This document shows, in pieces, positions 27,561-35,842 of a stretch of DNA of 53,200 nt. Position 1 is the stretch's first letter; each line of letters opens with the position of its first letter. The position numbers were made by a program, and so were the translations under genes. The stretch covers positions 1 to 53,200 of the forward strand of contig CALXZT010000002.1 in the NCBI GenBank assembly GCA_944393315.1, in the 5' to 3' direction. A model generated the notes under the pieces. That model searched no databases and had not been told where the DNA came from. It was given only the letters and a program-made list of their open reading frames with translations. The stretch is from an uncultured Clostridia bacterium (GTDB lineage: Bacteria > Bacillota > Clostridia > TANB77 > CAG-508).

Positions 27561-29675
27561 TTATTTTTCCTCTGTGTCTACTAAGTCTTTCATTGTAAGA
27601 TTTACTCTGCCTTGATCATCTATTTCGTAAACTTTAACTGTTACTTTGTCTCCAACTTTTAGAACATCTTCAATATTTTTGATTCTTTCTTTAGATATTT
27701 TAGAAATATGAAGTAATCCTTCTTTTCCACAGCCTACATCTACAAATGCTCCAAATGCCATTACTTTTGTAACTGTTCCATAATAAATCCCTCCAACTTC
27801 GATTTCTCTTACTATATCTTCTATCATTTCTAATGCTTCATTTGCTTTTTCAGTGTCTTCAGAATAGATAAATACTTGTCCATCTTCTTCAATGTCTATT
27901 TTTACACCTGTTTCTTCTATTATTTTGTTAATTGTTTTTCCTCCAGTTCCTATTACATCTTTTATTTTTTCTATTTTTATTTTTGTTGTTATTATTTTAG
28001 GTGCATATTTTGATATCTCAGCTCTTGGTTTGTCTATTTGCTTTAACATTATTTCATTTAATATATAAGCTCTTGCATTTCTTGTTCTTTCAAATGCTTC
28101 TTCTATTATTTTGTAAGATAATCCATCTACTTTTATATCTACTTGTATTGCAGTAATACCTTTTTCTGTTCCACCTACTTTAAAGTCCATGTCTCCAAAG
28201 AAGTCTTCTAACCCTTGAATGTCTGTAAGCATTACATAGTCATCAGGATTTTCTGGATTTGTTACCAATCCTGTAGATATCCCTGCTACTGGTCTTTTTA
28301 TTGGTACACCTGCATCCATTAATGCTAATGTACTACCACATATACTTGCTTGTGATGTTGAACCATTTGAAGATAATACTTCAGATACTACTCTGATTGC
28401 ATATGGAAATTCTTCCTTTGAAGGAATTACTGGAACTAAAGCTTTTTCAGCTAGTGCTCCATGTCCTATTTCTCTTCTACCTGGTCCTCGTGATGGTCTT
28501 GCTTCACCTACACTATATGATGGAAAATTGTATTGATGCATATATCTTTTTGATGTTTCTGTGTCTATTCCATCTAGTTCTTGTTCTTCACTTATCATTC
28601 CAAGTGTTGCAACTGATAATACTTGTGTTTGCCCTCTAGTAAATAACGCGCTTCCATGTACACGTGGTAATAAACCAACTTCACATGATAGTGGTCTTAT
28701 TTCATCTAGAGCTCTTCCATCAACTCTTTTGTGTTCAATAAATATCATTTCTCTTACACATTTTTTCTCTAGTTTGTATATTGCTTCACCAATTGTTTGA
28801 ACATTTTCTTCTGCATATTCTGCTCCGAATTTTTCTTGAACTGCTTCTGCTATTTTGTCTGATAAAGCTGATACATTGTTGTCTCTAGTTTCTTTGTCAA
28901 CTTCTTGTACTGCAGTTTTCATATCTTCTTTGAAGTTTGCCTCTAAATAGTCATATAGGTCATGGTCTACTTCAAATGATTTATACTCAAATTTAGGCTT
29001 TCCTATTTCTGTTTTCATTTTTTCTATGAATTTACAGATTTTCTTGATTTCGACATGTCCAGCTTTTATAGCTTCTAACATTAATTGGTCAGATATCTCA
29101 TTTGCTCCTGCTTCTATCATTGCAATTTTGTCAATTGTTCCTGCTACTGTTAAATTTAAGTCACTTATTTTTCTTTGCTCTTCAGTTGGATTTATTATGA
29201 TTTCTCCATTTACTATTCCAACATTTACTGCTGCTGTTGGTCCTCCAAATGGAATGTCTGATATTGAAAGTGCTGCTGAAGCTCCTATCATTGCTGCTAC
29301 TTCTGGTGAATTGTCTTGGTCTACTGATAGTACTGTTGCTACAACTACTACATCGTTTCTAAAATCTTTTGGAAATAATGGTCTTAGTGGTCTATCAATC
29401 GCTCTTGATACTAATATTGCTTTGTCACTAGGTTTGCCTTCTCTTTTTTGGAATGATCCTGGAATTTTTCCTACAGAATATAGTTTTTCTTCATAGTCTA
29501 CTGATAATGGGAAAAAGTCTATTCCCTCTTTTGGCTCTTTTGATGCTGTTACATTTACTAGTACACATGTGTCTCCATATCTTACTAGTACACTTCCATT
29601 TGCTAACCCAGCCATTTTTCCTGTTTCAAAGCTGATTTTTCTTCCAGCTAATTCTGTTTCATAAACTTTAAACAT
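27561..29675 (-). CDS. pnp: Polyribonucleotide nucleotidyltransferase (PNPase)
   Basis: 704 aa. Two RNase PH-like domains, KH (GGKTINKIIEETG) and S1 (GTVTKVMAFGAFV...GLLHISK) domains. Conserved rpsO-pnp gene order. Confidence 0.97.
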   Translation of the reverse strand: MFKVYETELAGRKISFETGKMAGLANGSVLVRYGDTCVLVNVTASKEPKEGIDFFPLSVDYEEKLYSVGKIPGSFQKREGKPSDKAILVSRAIDRPLRPLFPKDFRNDVVVVATVLSVDQDNSPEVAAMIGASAALSISDIPFGGPTAAVNVGIVNGEIIINPTEEQRKISDLNLTVAGTIDKIAMIEAGANEISDQLMLEAIKAGHVEIKKICKFIEKMKTEIGKPKFEYKSFEVDHDLYDYLEANFKEDMKTAVQEVDKETRDNNVSALSDKIAEAVQEKFGAEYAEENVQTIGEAIYKLEKKCVREMIFIEHKRVDGRALDEIRPLSCEVGLLPRVHGSALFTRGQTQVLSVATLGMISEEQELDGIDTETSKRYMHQYNFPSYSVGEARPSRGPGRREIGHGALAEKALVPVIPSKEEFPYAIRVVSEVLSSNGSTSQASICGSTLALMDAGVPIKRPVAGISTGLVTNPENPDDYVMLTDIQGLEDFFGDMDFKVGGTEKGITAIQVDIKVDGLSYKIIEEAFERTRNARAYILNEIMLKQIDKPRAEISKYAPKIITTKIKIEKIKDVIGTGGKTINKIIEETGVKIDIEEDGQVFIYSEDTEKANEALEMIEDIVREIEVGGIYYGTVTKVMAFGAFVDVGCGKEGLLHISKISKERIKNIEDVLKVGDKVTVKVYEIDDQGRVNLTMKDLVDTEEK

Positions 29676-29710
29676 ATTTTTATTTTTTCTCCTTCTTTCT
29701 TCCTAAAAAA

Positions 29711-29730
29711 GCCCGTGCATAGCACTGGGC
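29711..29730 (-). terminator. rpsO-pnp intergenic hairpin (attenuator/processing-type stem-loop)
   Basis: GCCCAGTGC / GCACGGGC stem followed by TTTTTT on the minus strand, between the rpsO stop (29742) and the pnp start (29675). Confidence 0.55.
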
Positions 29731-29741
29731 CTTTATAAGTT

Positions 29742-30005
29742 TTATTTTCTTAATCCTAATTTTTCAACTAAGACTTTATATCTTTCTTCATCCTTTTTTT
29801 GTAGGTAGTTTAACATGTTTCTTCTTTGACCTACCATTTTTAAAAGCCCACGTCTTGAATGATTGTCTTTTTTGTGAACTTTTAAGTGCTCTGTTAATTC
29901 ATTAATTCTTTCTGTTAAAAGAGCTATTTGTACTTCTGCTGAACCTGTGTCAGCTTCGTCTCTTTTATATTCATTAATGATTTCTAACTTTCTTTCCTTT
30001 GTCAT
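29742..30005 (-). CDS. rpsO: 30S ribosomal protein S15
   Basis: 87 aa, [73 protein letters not shown]. Confidence 0.97.
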   Translation of the reverse strand: MTKERKLEIINEYKRDEADTGSAEVQIALLTERINELTEHLKVHKKDNHSRRGLLKMVGQRRNMLNYLQKKDEERYKVLVEKLGLRK

Positions 30006-30240
30006 AGTTACACCTCCTATTTTTCTTCTTCGCCTTAAACTGAGTAAAAGTTTTGGTGTTTTCCTTTTTACTAAGTAAAGGTAATTTTTTCACATTGTTA
30101 TTGTACTACATTTTAAAGCAGATTGCAAGTGTTTTTGGGATTTTTTATGAATTTGGAATTTTGTTTTGTGTAATTTTATATTGGATTTTTTGATGTAAAA
30201 ATATAATTGGGATCTCTATTAGGGAGTCTGACAAAAAAAA

Positions 30241-30269
30241 CTTGCTATGCTATTAATTTGCAAAGCAAG
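30241..30269. terminator. Bidirectional terminator downstream of the M23 peptidase gene
   Basis: CTTGCT...AGCAAG stem flanked by A8 (30233..30240) and T9 (30270..30278). Confidence 0.6.
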
Positions 30270-30276
30270 TTTTTTT

Positions 30277-31125
30277 TTATTTGATATAAATGCTAGGATC
30301 AACATATTCTGAGTCTTTTAACATTTCGAAATGTAAGTGTGGTTCATCTGCAATTTCAAAAGTAGCCGAACTTCCAACTGTTCCAATAGTTTGTCCTTGT
30401 TTTACTTTTTCTCCTTCAACCACAAATTCAGCAGTTAATAAATTAGAATATACGGTTTTAAACCCTCCATCATGTTCAATAATTACGGTTAAACCATATC
30501 GAGGATCATTTTTTATTGCTGTTACTGTTCCTTCTGCTACCGATTTAACAACATCCCTACTATTTGCTTTTATATCTATTGCTTGATGTACTATCCATTC
30601 TTGTAGAGTTTCTGAAAACACTAGACTTTCTTTTGCAAAACCTCTAACTATTTCTCCTTCAACTGGCATAATAAAACTTATTTCTTTGGTTTTTTCTTCT
30701 GTTTCTGAGTTTGTATTTACGTTTTCATCAGTTTTGCTTTCTGTATTTGTTTTAGTTGTATTGTTATCTTTAGTTGTACTTGTGCTACTTGATACATTTT
30801 TTGTCTCTTCTTGATTTTCTTTGCTGCTTTCTTCAACTGTTTTTCCAATCTGTGTACTTACACTTTCTGCCTCCTGCTCATTTTCTGCTTTTTGTTCGTT
30901 TTCTGTATTATCTGTTTCTGCAATTAATGCTTCTTGCTCTGCCATTTGCTTTTCTGCTTTTTCTATTTCGGCTAATCTTTCTTCTTCTTTTTTATTTTCT
31001 ATCATATTTGCTATTATAATATAACTTATAATTAAAATTGCAATTACTGCTGAAACAGCTATATAAACTATTAGCTTACTGCTTCCACGCATATTTTCTT
31101 CCATTCTTTTAGGTTCTCTACTCAT
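30277..31125 (-). CDS. Membrane-anchored M23/LytM-domain peptidase, SpoIIQ-like by context
   Basis: N-terminal TM helix (LIVYIAVSAVIAILIISYIII), an E/T/N-rich low-complexity linker, and a C-terminal LytM domain ending EPHLHFEMLKDSEYVDP (HxH motif intact). It lies directly downstream of spoIID, as the spoIID-spoIIQ pair does in some Clostridia. Confidence 0.6.
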   Translation of the reverse strand: MSREPKRMEENMRGSSKLIVYIAVSAVIAILIISYIIIANMIENKKEEERLAEIEKAEKQMAEQEALIAETDNTENEQKAENEQEAESVSTQIGKTVEESSKENQEETKNVSSSTSTTKDNNTTKTNTESKTDENVNTNSETEEKTKEISFIMPVEGEIVRGFAKESLVFSETLQEWIVHQAIDIKANSRDVVKSVAEGTVTAIKNDPRYGLTVIIEHDGGFKTVYSNLLTAEFVVEGEKVKQGQTIGTVGSSATFEIADEPHLHFEMLKDSEYVDPSIYIK

Positions 31126-31262
31126 ATTTTCCTCCTTAAAATTTATTGTTAATACAAGTATTACCCTTTTAGGTAAAATTATACTTATGTTTTTACTTTT
31201 TGTATAAAACCTTAATAGGAATAATATGCGATTTTATTTATAAAACCTTTTTTGTGTGTAAA

Positions 31263-32312
31263 CTAATAATTTGTTATTTCCACACCTGTATAAAAATGTT
31301 TTATTATTTCTTCATAACTACTTCCTTGCTTTGCTAAACTATCAGCACCTGTTTGACTCATTCCAACACCATGTCCATAACCTGTTACAGTAAATATAAT
31401 TTTATTATCTTGATAATTTATAACAAAGTTTGTTGACCTCAATCCTAGAATCGTTCTTGCTTCTGTTCCTGCAATACTAATGTTACCAAATCTGATTGTT
31501 CTTACTCTTCCTGAATCTGTATATTCTTCTATTTGTATAGGGTTTTCTGTATTCCAATCGACTTGAATATCTGAATGAGTTTCTTTTATTTTGTTAACTA
31601 ATTCTTCCTTTGTAAATGATACTTCTGAACTGTATTGTGAATATGCTTCTTCTCCTGATGTCTCTACTGATTTTAAATATGGATATTCTATTCCACCCCA
31701 GATATTTACTGAGCTTTCAGTTATTCCTCCACTATTTGAATGGAAAAATGCATTTATTGGCTGCCCATCATATGTTATTATCTTTCCTGCTGTTTCATTT
31801 ACAGCTTGCACAATTTTTTTCCAATTTGATTCTCTTTGAGTTTCTTCCCATTTTGCGAATCTATCTTCTTTTGATATCCAGGCTTGGCAACAAGCATATG
31901 AGTCACATATATTTGCATTTTCATGCTTTGTTCCATTATTTTGAATTTGATATATCAAATATGTTCTTGCTACTGTAGCTTGTGCTTTTAATGCCTCAAT
32001 TTCATACGAAGCTGGCATCTCAGCAGATACTACTCCATATAAGTATTCGTCTAAAGGCAACTCTTCGATTTCTCCACTTGAAGTGTGTAAAAGTTTTATT
32101 GTATTATATTGTCTATAATCATATGTGCTTGTTATAGGAGTTTCTTCTTGGCTATTTTTGGCATTATCTTGAGGTTCATTTTCTGTGTTTGAGCTATCTT
32201 CTTGTTTTATAATTTCATTTGTGCTACTTACATTTAAAGTTTTTGTACAAATTGCCGGAAGAATGAAAAATATAAAAATAAAAGCTACAAAATATGTTAA
32301 GATTTTTTTCAT
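31263..32312 (-). CDS. spoIID: Stage II sporulation protein D (SpoIID/LytB lytic transglycosylase)
   Basis: SpoIID domain motifs EYLYGVVSAEMP, EALKAQATVARTY, FFHSNSGGITES, GHGVGMSQTGA. The ATG at 32312 (MKKILTYFVAFIF..., signal-anchor) is preferred over the ORF-track start at 32342. Confidence 0.85.
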   Translation of the reverse strand: MKKILTYFVAFIFIFFILPAICTKTLNVSSTNEIIKQEDSSNTENEPQDNAKNSQEETPITSTYDYRQYNTIKLLHTSSGEIEELPLDEYLYGVVSAEMPASYEIEALKAQATVARTYLIYQIQNNGTKHENANICDSYACCQAWISKEDRFAKWEETQRESNWKKIVQAVNETAGKIITYDGQPINAFFHSNSGGITESSVNIWGGIEYPYLKSVETSGEEAYSQYSSEVSFTKEELVNKIKETHSDIQVDWNTENPIQIEEYTDSGRVRTIRFGNISIAGTEARTILGLRSTNFVINYQDNKIIFTVTGYGHGVGMSQTGADSLAKQGSSYEEIIKHFYTGVEITNY

Positions 32313-32361
32313 ATTAAATTTATTCCTTTCTCCTCTTATCATATTATTTTGTAAATATCTC

Positions 32362-33090
32362 CTAGCTCATTAAAGCTTTTTTCATGTTATTAAGTATTTT
32401 TCTTTCTGTTCTGGAAACTTGTACTTGACTGATTCCTAGAATTTTTGAAACTTGAGTTTGTGTCTTATTTTTATAAAATCTAAGTAATATAACTTCTCTA
32501 TCTTTTTCTTGTAACTCTTCGATTAACTTTTTAACTGTTAATTTATTTGATATTAGAGTTTGCTCATCTTCTCCTGTTGATATTTTTTCTAAAATACTTA
32601 TTGTTTTGTCACTCTTATGATCTGTGTAACTAACTTCTTCAAGTGAATCTACTGGATTTGTTGATTCTATTGCCATAGCTATTTCTTCTTTTGGAATTTT
32701 TAGTTTTTCTGATATTTGCTTAAGTGAAATTTCTTCTCCTGTTTTGTTTAAATATTCTTTTTTAAGTTCTAAAATCTTTATACTTAATTCTTTTATGCTT
32801 CTACTTATTTTTATAGGTCCATCATCTCTTATAAATCTTTTTATTTCTCCCAAAATATAGGGTACAGCATATGTTGAAAGACGTACTTCAAAGCTAGTAT
32901 CAAATCTTTTTATTGCTTTGATAAAGCCCATTACTCCAATTTGATATAAATCCTCTAACTCATATCCTCTTCCTGAAAATCTTTTTACTATGCTCCATAT
33001 TAATCCATTATTGTCTTCTATTAGTTTTGCCATTTCGTCTTTGTCACCATTTTGAGCATTTAGTATTTTTTCTGTTGTATTTTCATACAC
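32362..33090 (-). CDS. sigF: RNA polymerase sporulation sigma factor F
   Basis: 242 aa. Region 2 LEDLYQIGVMGFIKAIKRFDTSFEVRLSTYAVPYILGEIKRFIRDDGPIKISRS and a region 4 HTH TQTQVSKILGISQVQVSRTERK. Third gene after spoIIAA-spoIIAB. GTG start with AAGGAGG SD. Confidence 0.92.
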   Translation of the reverse strand: MYENTTEKILNAQNGDKDEMAKLIEDNNGLIWSIVKRFSGRGYELEDLYQIGVMGFIKAIKRFDTSFEVRLSTYAVPYILGEIKRFIRDDGPIKISRSIKELSIKILELKKEYLNKTGEEISLKQISEKLKIPKEEIAMAIESTNPVDSLEEVSYTDHKSDKTISILEKISTGEDEQTLISNKLTVKKLIEELQEKDREVILLRFYKNKTQTQVSKILGISQVQVSRTERKILNNMKKALMS

Positions 33091-33104
33091 GTTTTAGCCT
33101 CCTT

Positions 33105-33578
33105 TTAATCACAACTTGTTGCAAATTGGAGTGCATCTTCTGTTTCACTATTATTTTTTATGGTCTTTTTCATTGTTACTTTTGTTCCCATTCCAACAAT
33201 TGACTCTATTTCTATTTCATCCATAAAGCTTTCCATTATTGTAAAGCCCATTCCAGATCTTTCTAAATTTGGTTTTGTAGTATATAATGGTTGCTTTGCT
33301 AATTCTATGTTTTCTATGCCTTGCCCATTGTCAGAAATTTCAATAATTAATTCTTCATTAATTATTTGACATCTAATTTTTACTATTCCTTTTTTTTCTT
33401 CATACCCATGTATTATTGCATTTGTTACTGCTTCTGATACAGCTGTTTTAATGTCTGCTAACTCCTCTATTGTCGGGTCAAGTTGTGCAGCAAATGCAGC
33501 AACAGTTATTCTTGCAAATGCTTCATTGCTTGATTTGCTTAGAAATTCTAATTTCATCTCATTATTTAAATTGTTCAT
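33105..33578 (-). CDS. spoIIAB: Anti-sigma F factor (serine kinase SpoIIAB)
   Basis: [49 protein letters not shown]...[16 protein letters not shown] closely parallels Bacillus SpoIIAB. Confidence 0.93.
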   Translation of the reverse strand: MNNLNNEMKLEFLSKSSNEAFARITVAAFAAQLDPTIEELADIKTAVSEAVTNAIIHGYEEKKGIVKIRCQIINEELIIEISDNGQGIENIELAKQPLYTTKPNLERSGMGFTIMESFMDEIEIESIVGMGTKVTMKKTIKNNSETEDALQFATSCD

Positions 33579-33616
33579 TTTTTCTTATGTTAGTTTATTC
33601 TAACATTTCCTCCTTT

Positions 33617-33943
33617 CTACCCTGCCATTTCTTCTAGTTCTGTAATTTTGATTATTTTCAATAATCCACTTAGTTCTAGAACTTTTTTGATACTATCTGT
33701 CACATTTGCAATTTCAACTGTTCCTCCCAGCATGTTTGCTATTCTGTATCTACCTATTATTAATCCTATTCCGGCACTATCCATAAAAGTAACACTATTA
33801 AAATCAAATATAACTTTTCTAGGCATATATCTTTCAATTTCATAATCTGCCTTCCTCCTTATCTTTTGTACTGTACATTCATCAATTTCTTCTGTTAATT
33901 TTAAAATCAGCAGTTTTTCTTCGTTATAATATTTACTTTCCAT
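33617..33943 (-). CDS. spoIIAA: Anti-sigma F factor antagonist (STAS domain, SpoIIAA)
   Basis: 108 aa STAS protein with the phosphorylatable-serine motif FMDSAGIGLIIGRY. First gene of the sigF operon. Confidence 0.9.
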   Translation of the reverse strand: MESKYYNEEKLLILKLTEEIDECTVQKIRRKADYEIERYMPRKVIFDFNSVTFMDSAGIGLIIGRYRIANMLGGTVEIANVTDSIKKVLELSGLLKIIKITELEEMAG

Positions 33944-34010
33944 CTCTTCCTCCTTTGTTTTGTCAGAAAATATTATACGTTATTTTCCATATATTTCCAA
34001 TAGTAAAAAA

Positions 34011-34036
34011 TGTCGAAACTTGAGAACTTTTCGACA
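34011..34036. promoter_or_regulatory. Inverted pair of consensus Spo0A boxes (TGTCGAA) upstream of spoIIAA
   Basis: TGTCGAA at 34011..34017 and TTCGACA at 34030..34036, 68-93 nt upstream of the spoIIAA ATG. The pair also forms a hairpin flanked by A6 and T5. Confidence 0.5.
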
Positions 34037-34143
34037 TTTTTCTTTTTATTCTTTTAAGTTTTCACTATAGATGCTATTTTAACTTAAAAATGTAGCTTTT
34101 TTCCTATGTACTATTAAATGCTGCATATAAAAATTAACGTAAA

Positions 34144-34176
34144 ACGGTAAGGGTGTTTACAAACCCCCTTACCGTT
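34144..34176 (-). terminator. Terminator of the GH13 gene
   Basis: ACGGTAAGGG / CCCTTACCGT 10-bp G+C-rich stem, 19 nt after the stop codon, with a TTTT tail on the minus strand. Confidence 0.7.
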
Positions 34177-34194
34177 TTTACTCTCGCCAATTAT

Positions 34195-35616
34195 TTAAAT
34201 CTTTTCGATTTTTACTTCACCTGAATCTCTGGCAATATTCAGAGTCATTTCTCCAAAGGAATTTTTTCTTGTTATTTCAAGATTCCAATTGGAAGCTTTT
34301 ACTCTTATTTCACCAGCTTCACTGAAGAATTCTCGGTTACTACTCCGAAGCTCTCCAAGTTTTCTGTAGTGCCTTAGGATTTCAACATCCGGATTGTCCC
34401 ATGGATATGGCTTCCGGTTGAACGGATCCTTATAACCCGTTACACCAACTTCGGTTCCTGCAAACACGATTGGTATTCCAGGCATAAAGTACTGAATTGT
34501 ACTGGCCATGATAAGGCTTTTCCTAGCCTCTTTCATATCAATACAATCATGTTCAAATTCCCACTTTCGAAACCCATATGTGTCGAACCATCCATCATGT
34601 CTCCAGGGTGCTTCGATATCCCAGCATGCCCCTTTGTATGGATCTTGAAGGATTCCATCTCCTACAAGTAGATTGATTACTCTCGGAGTATCATGCGTGT
34701 CCAAATGGTTCCACAATACCTCATCTGCCTGCTTGCAATATTTCAGAATTTCACCAAAAATGTACTCAAAATGTAGATTATTACAGAACCTTACCCATCT
34801 AATAATTGCATCTCCCAGCGGATAGTTCATCACACTGTCAACTTGCATACCATCCAACTGTGGAACAGTTCTGTGGTTATCTAATCCCCACATTTCGCTT
34901 ACAATTAACACTTCAGGATTAAGTTTTTTTACTTCTTTTCTGAATTTGACCATAAACTCATATGGAAAATTTTCTCCAAGATCCAGTCTAATACCATCTG
35001 CACCCATCTTGATGTAATATGCTGCTACACTGCAAGCATATTCCTGATATGCAGAATCATACTTGTTGCACTGAGGCATATTGTCAAATCCGCCCCAAAA
35101 AACTGGCTTTCCATTTTTCCATTCAAACCAGTTATGGTATTTAGAGCTAGGATTCAGTGCATCTTTGAAAATTGGGCTTTTTACTCCCATGTGATTGAAA
35201 ACTAAGTCAACCACTATGAGAATATCTCTTTTGTGTGCTTCATTGCAGAGTTCTCGGAAATCTCCCCAGGTTCCAATCCACGGGTCAATCTGCAATTGAT
35301 CAGTAGGTTCATAATGGTGTGACGTCTCAGAAACACCTATTGGGTTTAAATAAATAAGATTAAACCCATTCTCTTTGATGTATTCCAGTTTGGCAGTAAT
35401 TCCTTTGAGATTTCCCCCATAGAAATAGTCATTCTGGTACACACCATTTGTGTCAGGCTTCCAGTTTGGAATAGTATCTTTCCAATCCTTCAGAATTCTC
35501 CCTTGAATCGGTTCGGGAGGCGTACCTTCGCGACAAAACCGGTCTACAAAAATCTGCAAACCAGTTCTTCCTTTAAACTGTTCCGGAGTAACGAAATTTC
35601 CAATTTGCGATTGCAT
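34195..35616 (-). CDS. Glycoside hydrolase family 13 alpha-amylase-family enzyme (cytoplasmic, no signal peptide)
   Basis: The four GH13 conserved regions are visible: VDLVFNHMG, DGIRLDLGE, LIVSEMWG, NHLDTHD. The ATG at 35616 (MQSQIGNF...) has a GAGGTG SD. The ORF-track start at 35667 has none. Confidence 0.85.
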   Translation of the reverse strand: MQSQIGNFVTPEQFKGRTGLQIFVDRFCREGTPPEPIQGRILKDWKDTIPNWKPDTNGVYQNDYFYGGNLKGITAKLEYIKENGFNLIYLNPIGVSETSHHYEPTDQLQIDPWIGTWGDFRELCNEAHKRDILIVVDLVFNHMGVKSPIFKDALNPSSKYHNWFEWKNGKPVFWGGFDNMPQCNKYDSAYQEYACSVAAYYIKMGADGIRLDLGENFPYEFMVKFRKEVKKLNPEVLIVSEMWGLDNHRTVPQLDGMQVDSVMNYPLGDAIIRWVRFCNNLHFEYIFGEILKYCKQADEVLWNHLDTHDTPRVINLLVGDGILQDPYKGACWDIEAPWRHDGWFDTYGFRKWEFEHDCIDMKEARKSLIMASTIQYFMPGIPIVFAGTEVGVTGYKDPFNRKPYPWDNPDVEILRHYRKLGELRSSNREFFSEAGEIRVKASNWNLEITRKNSFGEMTLNIARDSGEVKIEKI

Positions 35617-35686
35617 GATTAACACCTCTTCACATATAATATTGAATTGGTTTATACTACATTGCATATAGCTTTATCTATAAAAT

Positions 35687-35713
35687 ATCTTGATTTTGTG
35701 TAAGTGTCAAGAT
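35687..35713 (+). terminator. Plus-orientation hairpin + T7 upstream of the GH13 gene (no plus-strand gene upstream)
   Basis: ATCTTGA / TCAAGAT stem with a 13-nt loop, followed by TTTTTTT. Confidence 0.3.
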
Positions 35714-35746
35714 TTTTTTCAAAAATTATTTAATTTCATAAAAAAA

Positions 35747-35769
35747 TTGATACCTAATAAAAGTATCAA
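35747..35769 (-). terminator. valS terminator
   Basis: TTGATAC / GTATCAA stem followed by T7 on the minus strand, about 75 nt after the valS stop codon. Confidence 0.55.
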
Positions 35770-35842
35770 TTTTAATTTTGCATATAATTTTTAAAACTTC
35801 ATAAAATCTTTTTGTAATTTTGCTGGTATGTTTTTTTTAGTT

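Noticed and set aside
34122-35670. 8-bp direct repeat TGCATATA at 34122-34129 and 35663-35670 bracketing the GH13 island, considered as a target-site duplication
   Set aside because: An 8-mer of this composition is expected by chance in AT-rich DNA. There are no terminal inverted repeats and no transposase or integrase. The repeat would also cut the gene off from any promoter. It is mentioned only as something to re-examine if synteny supports an insertion.
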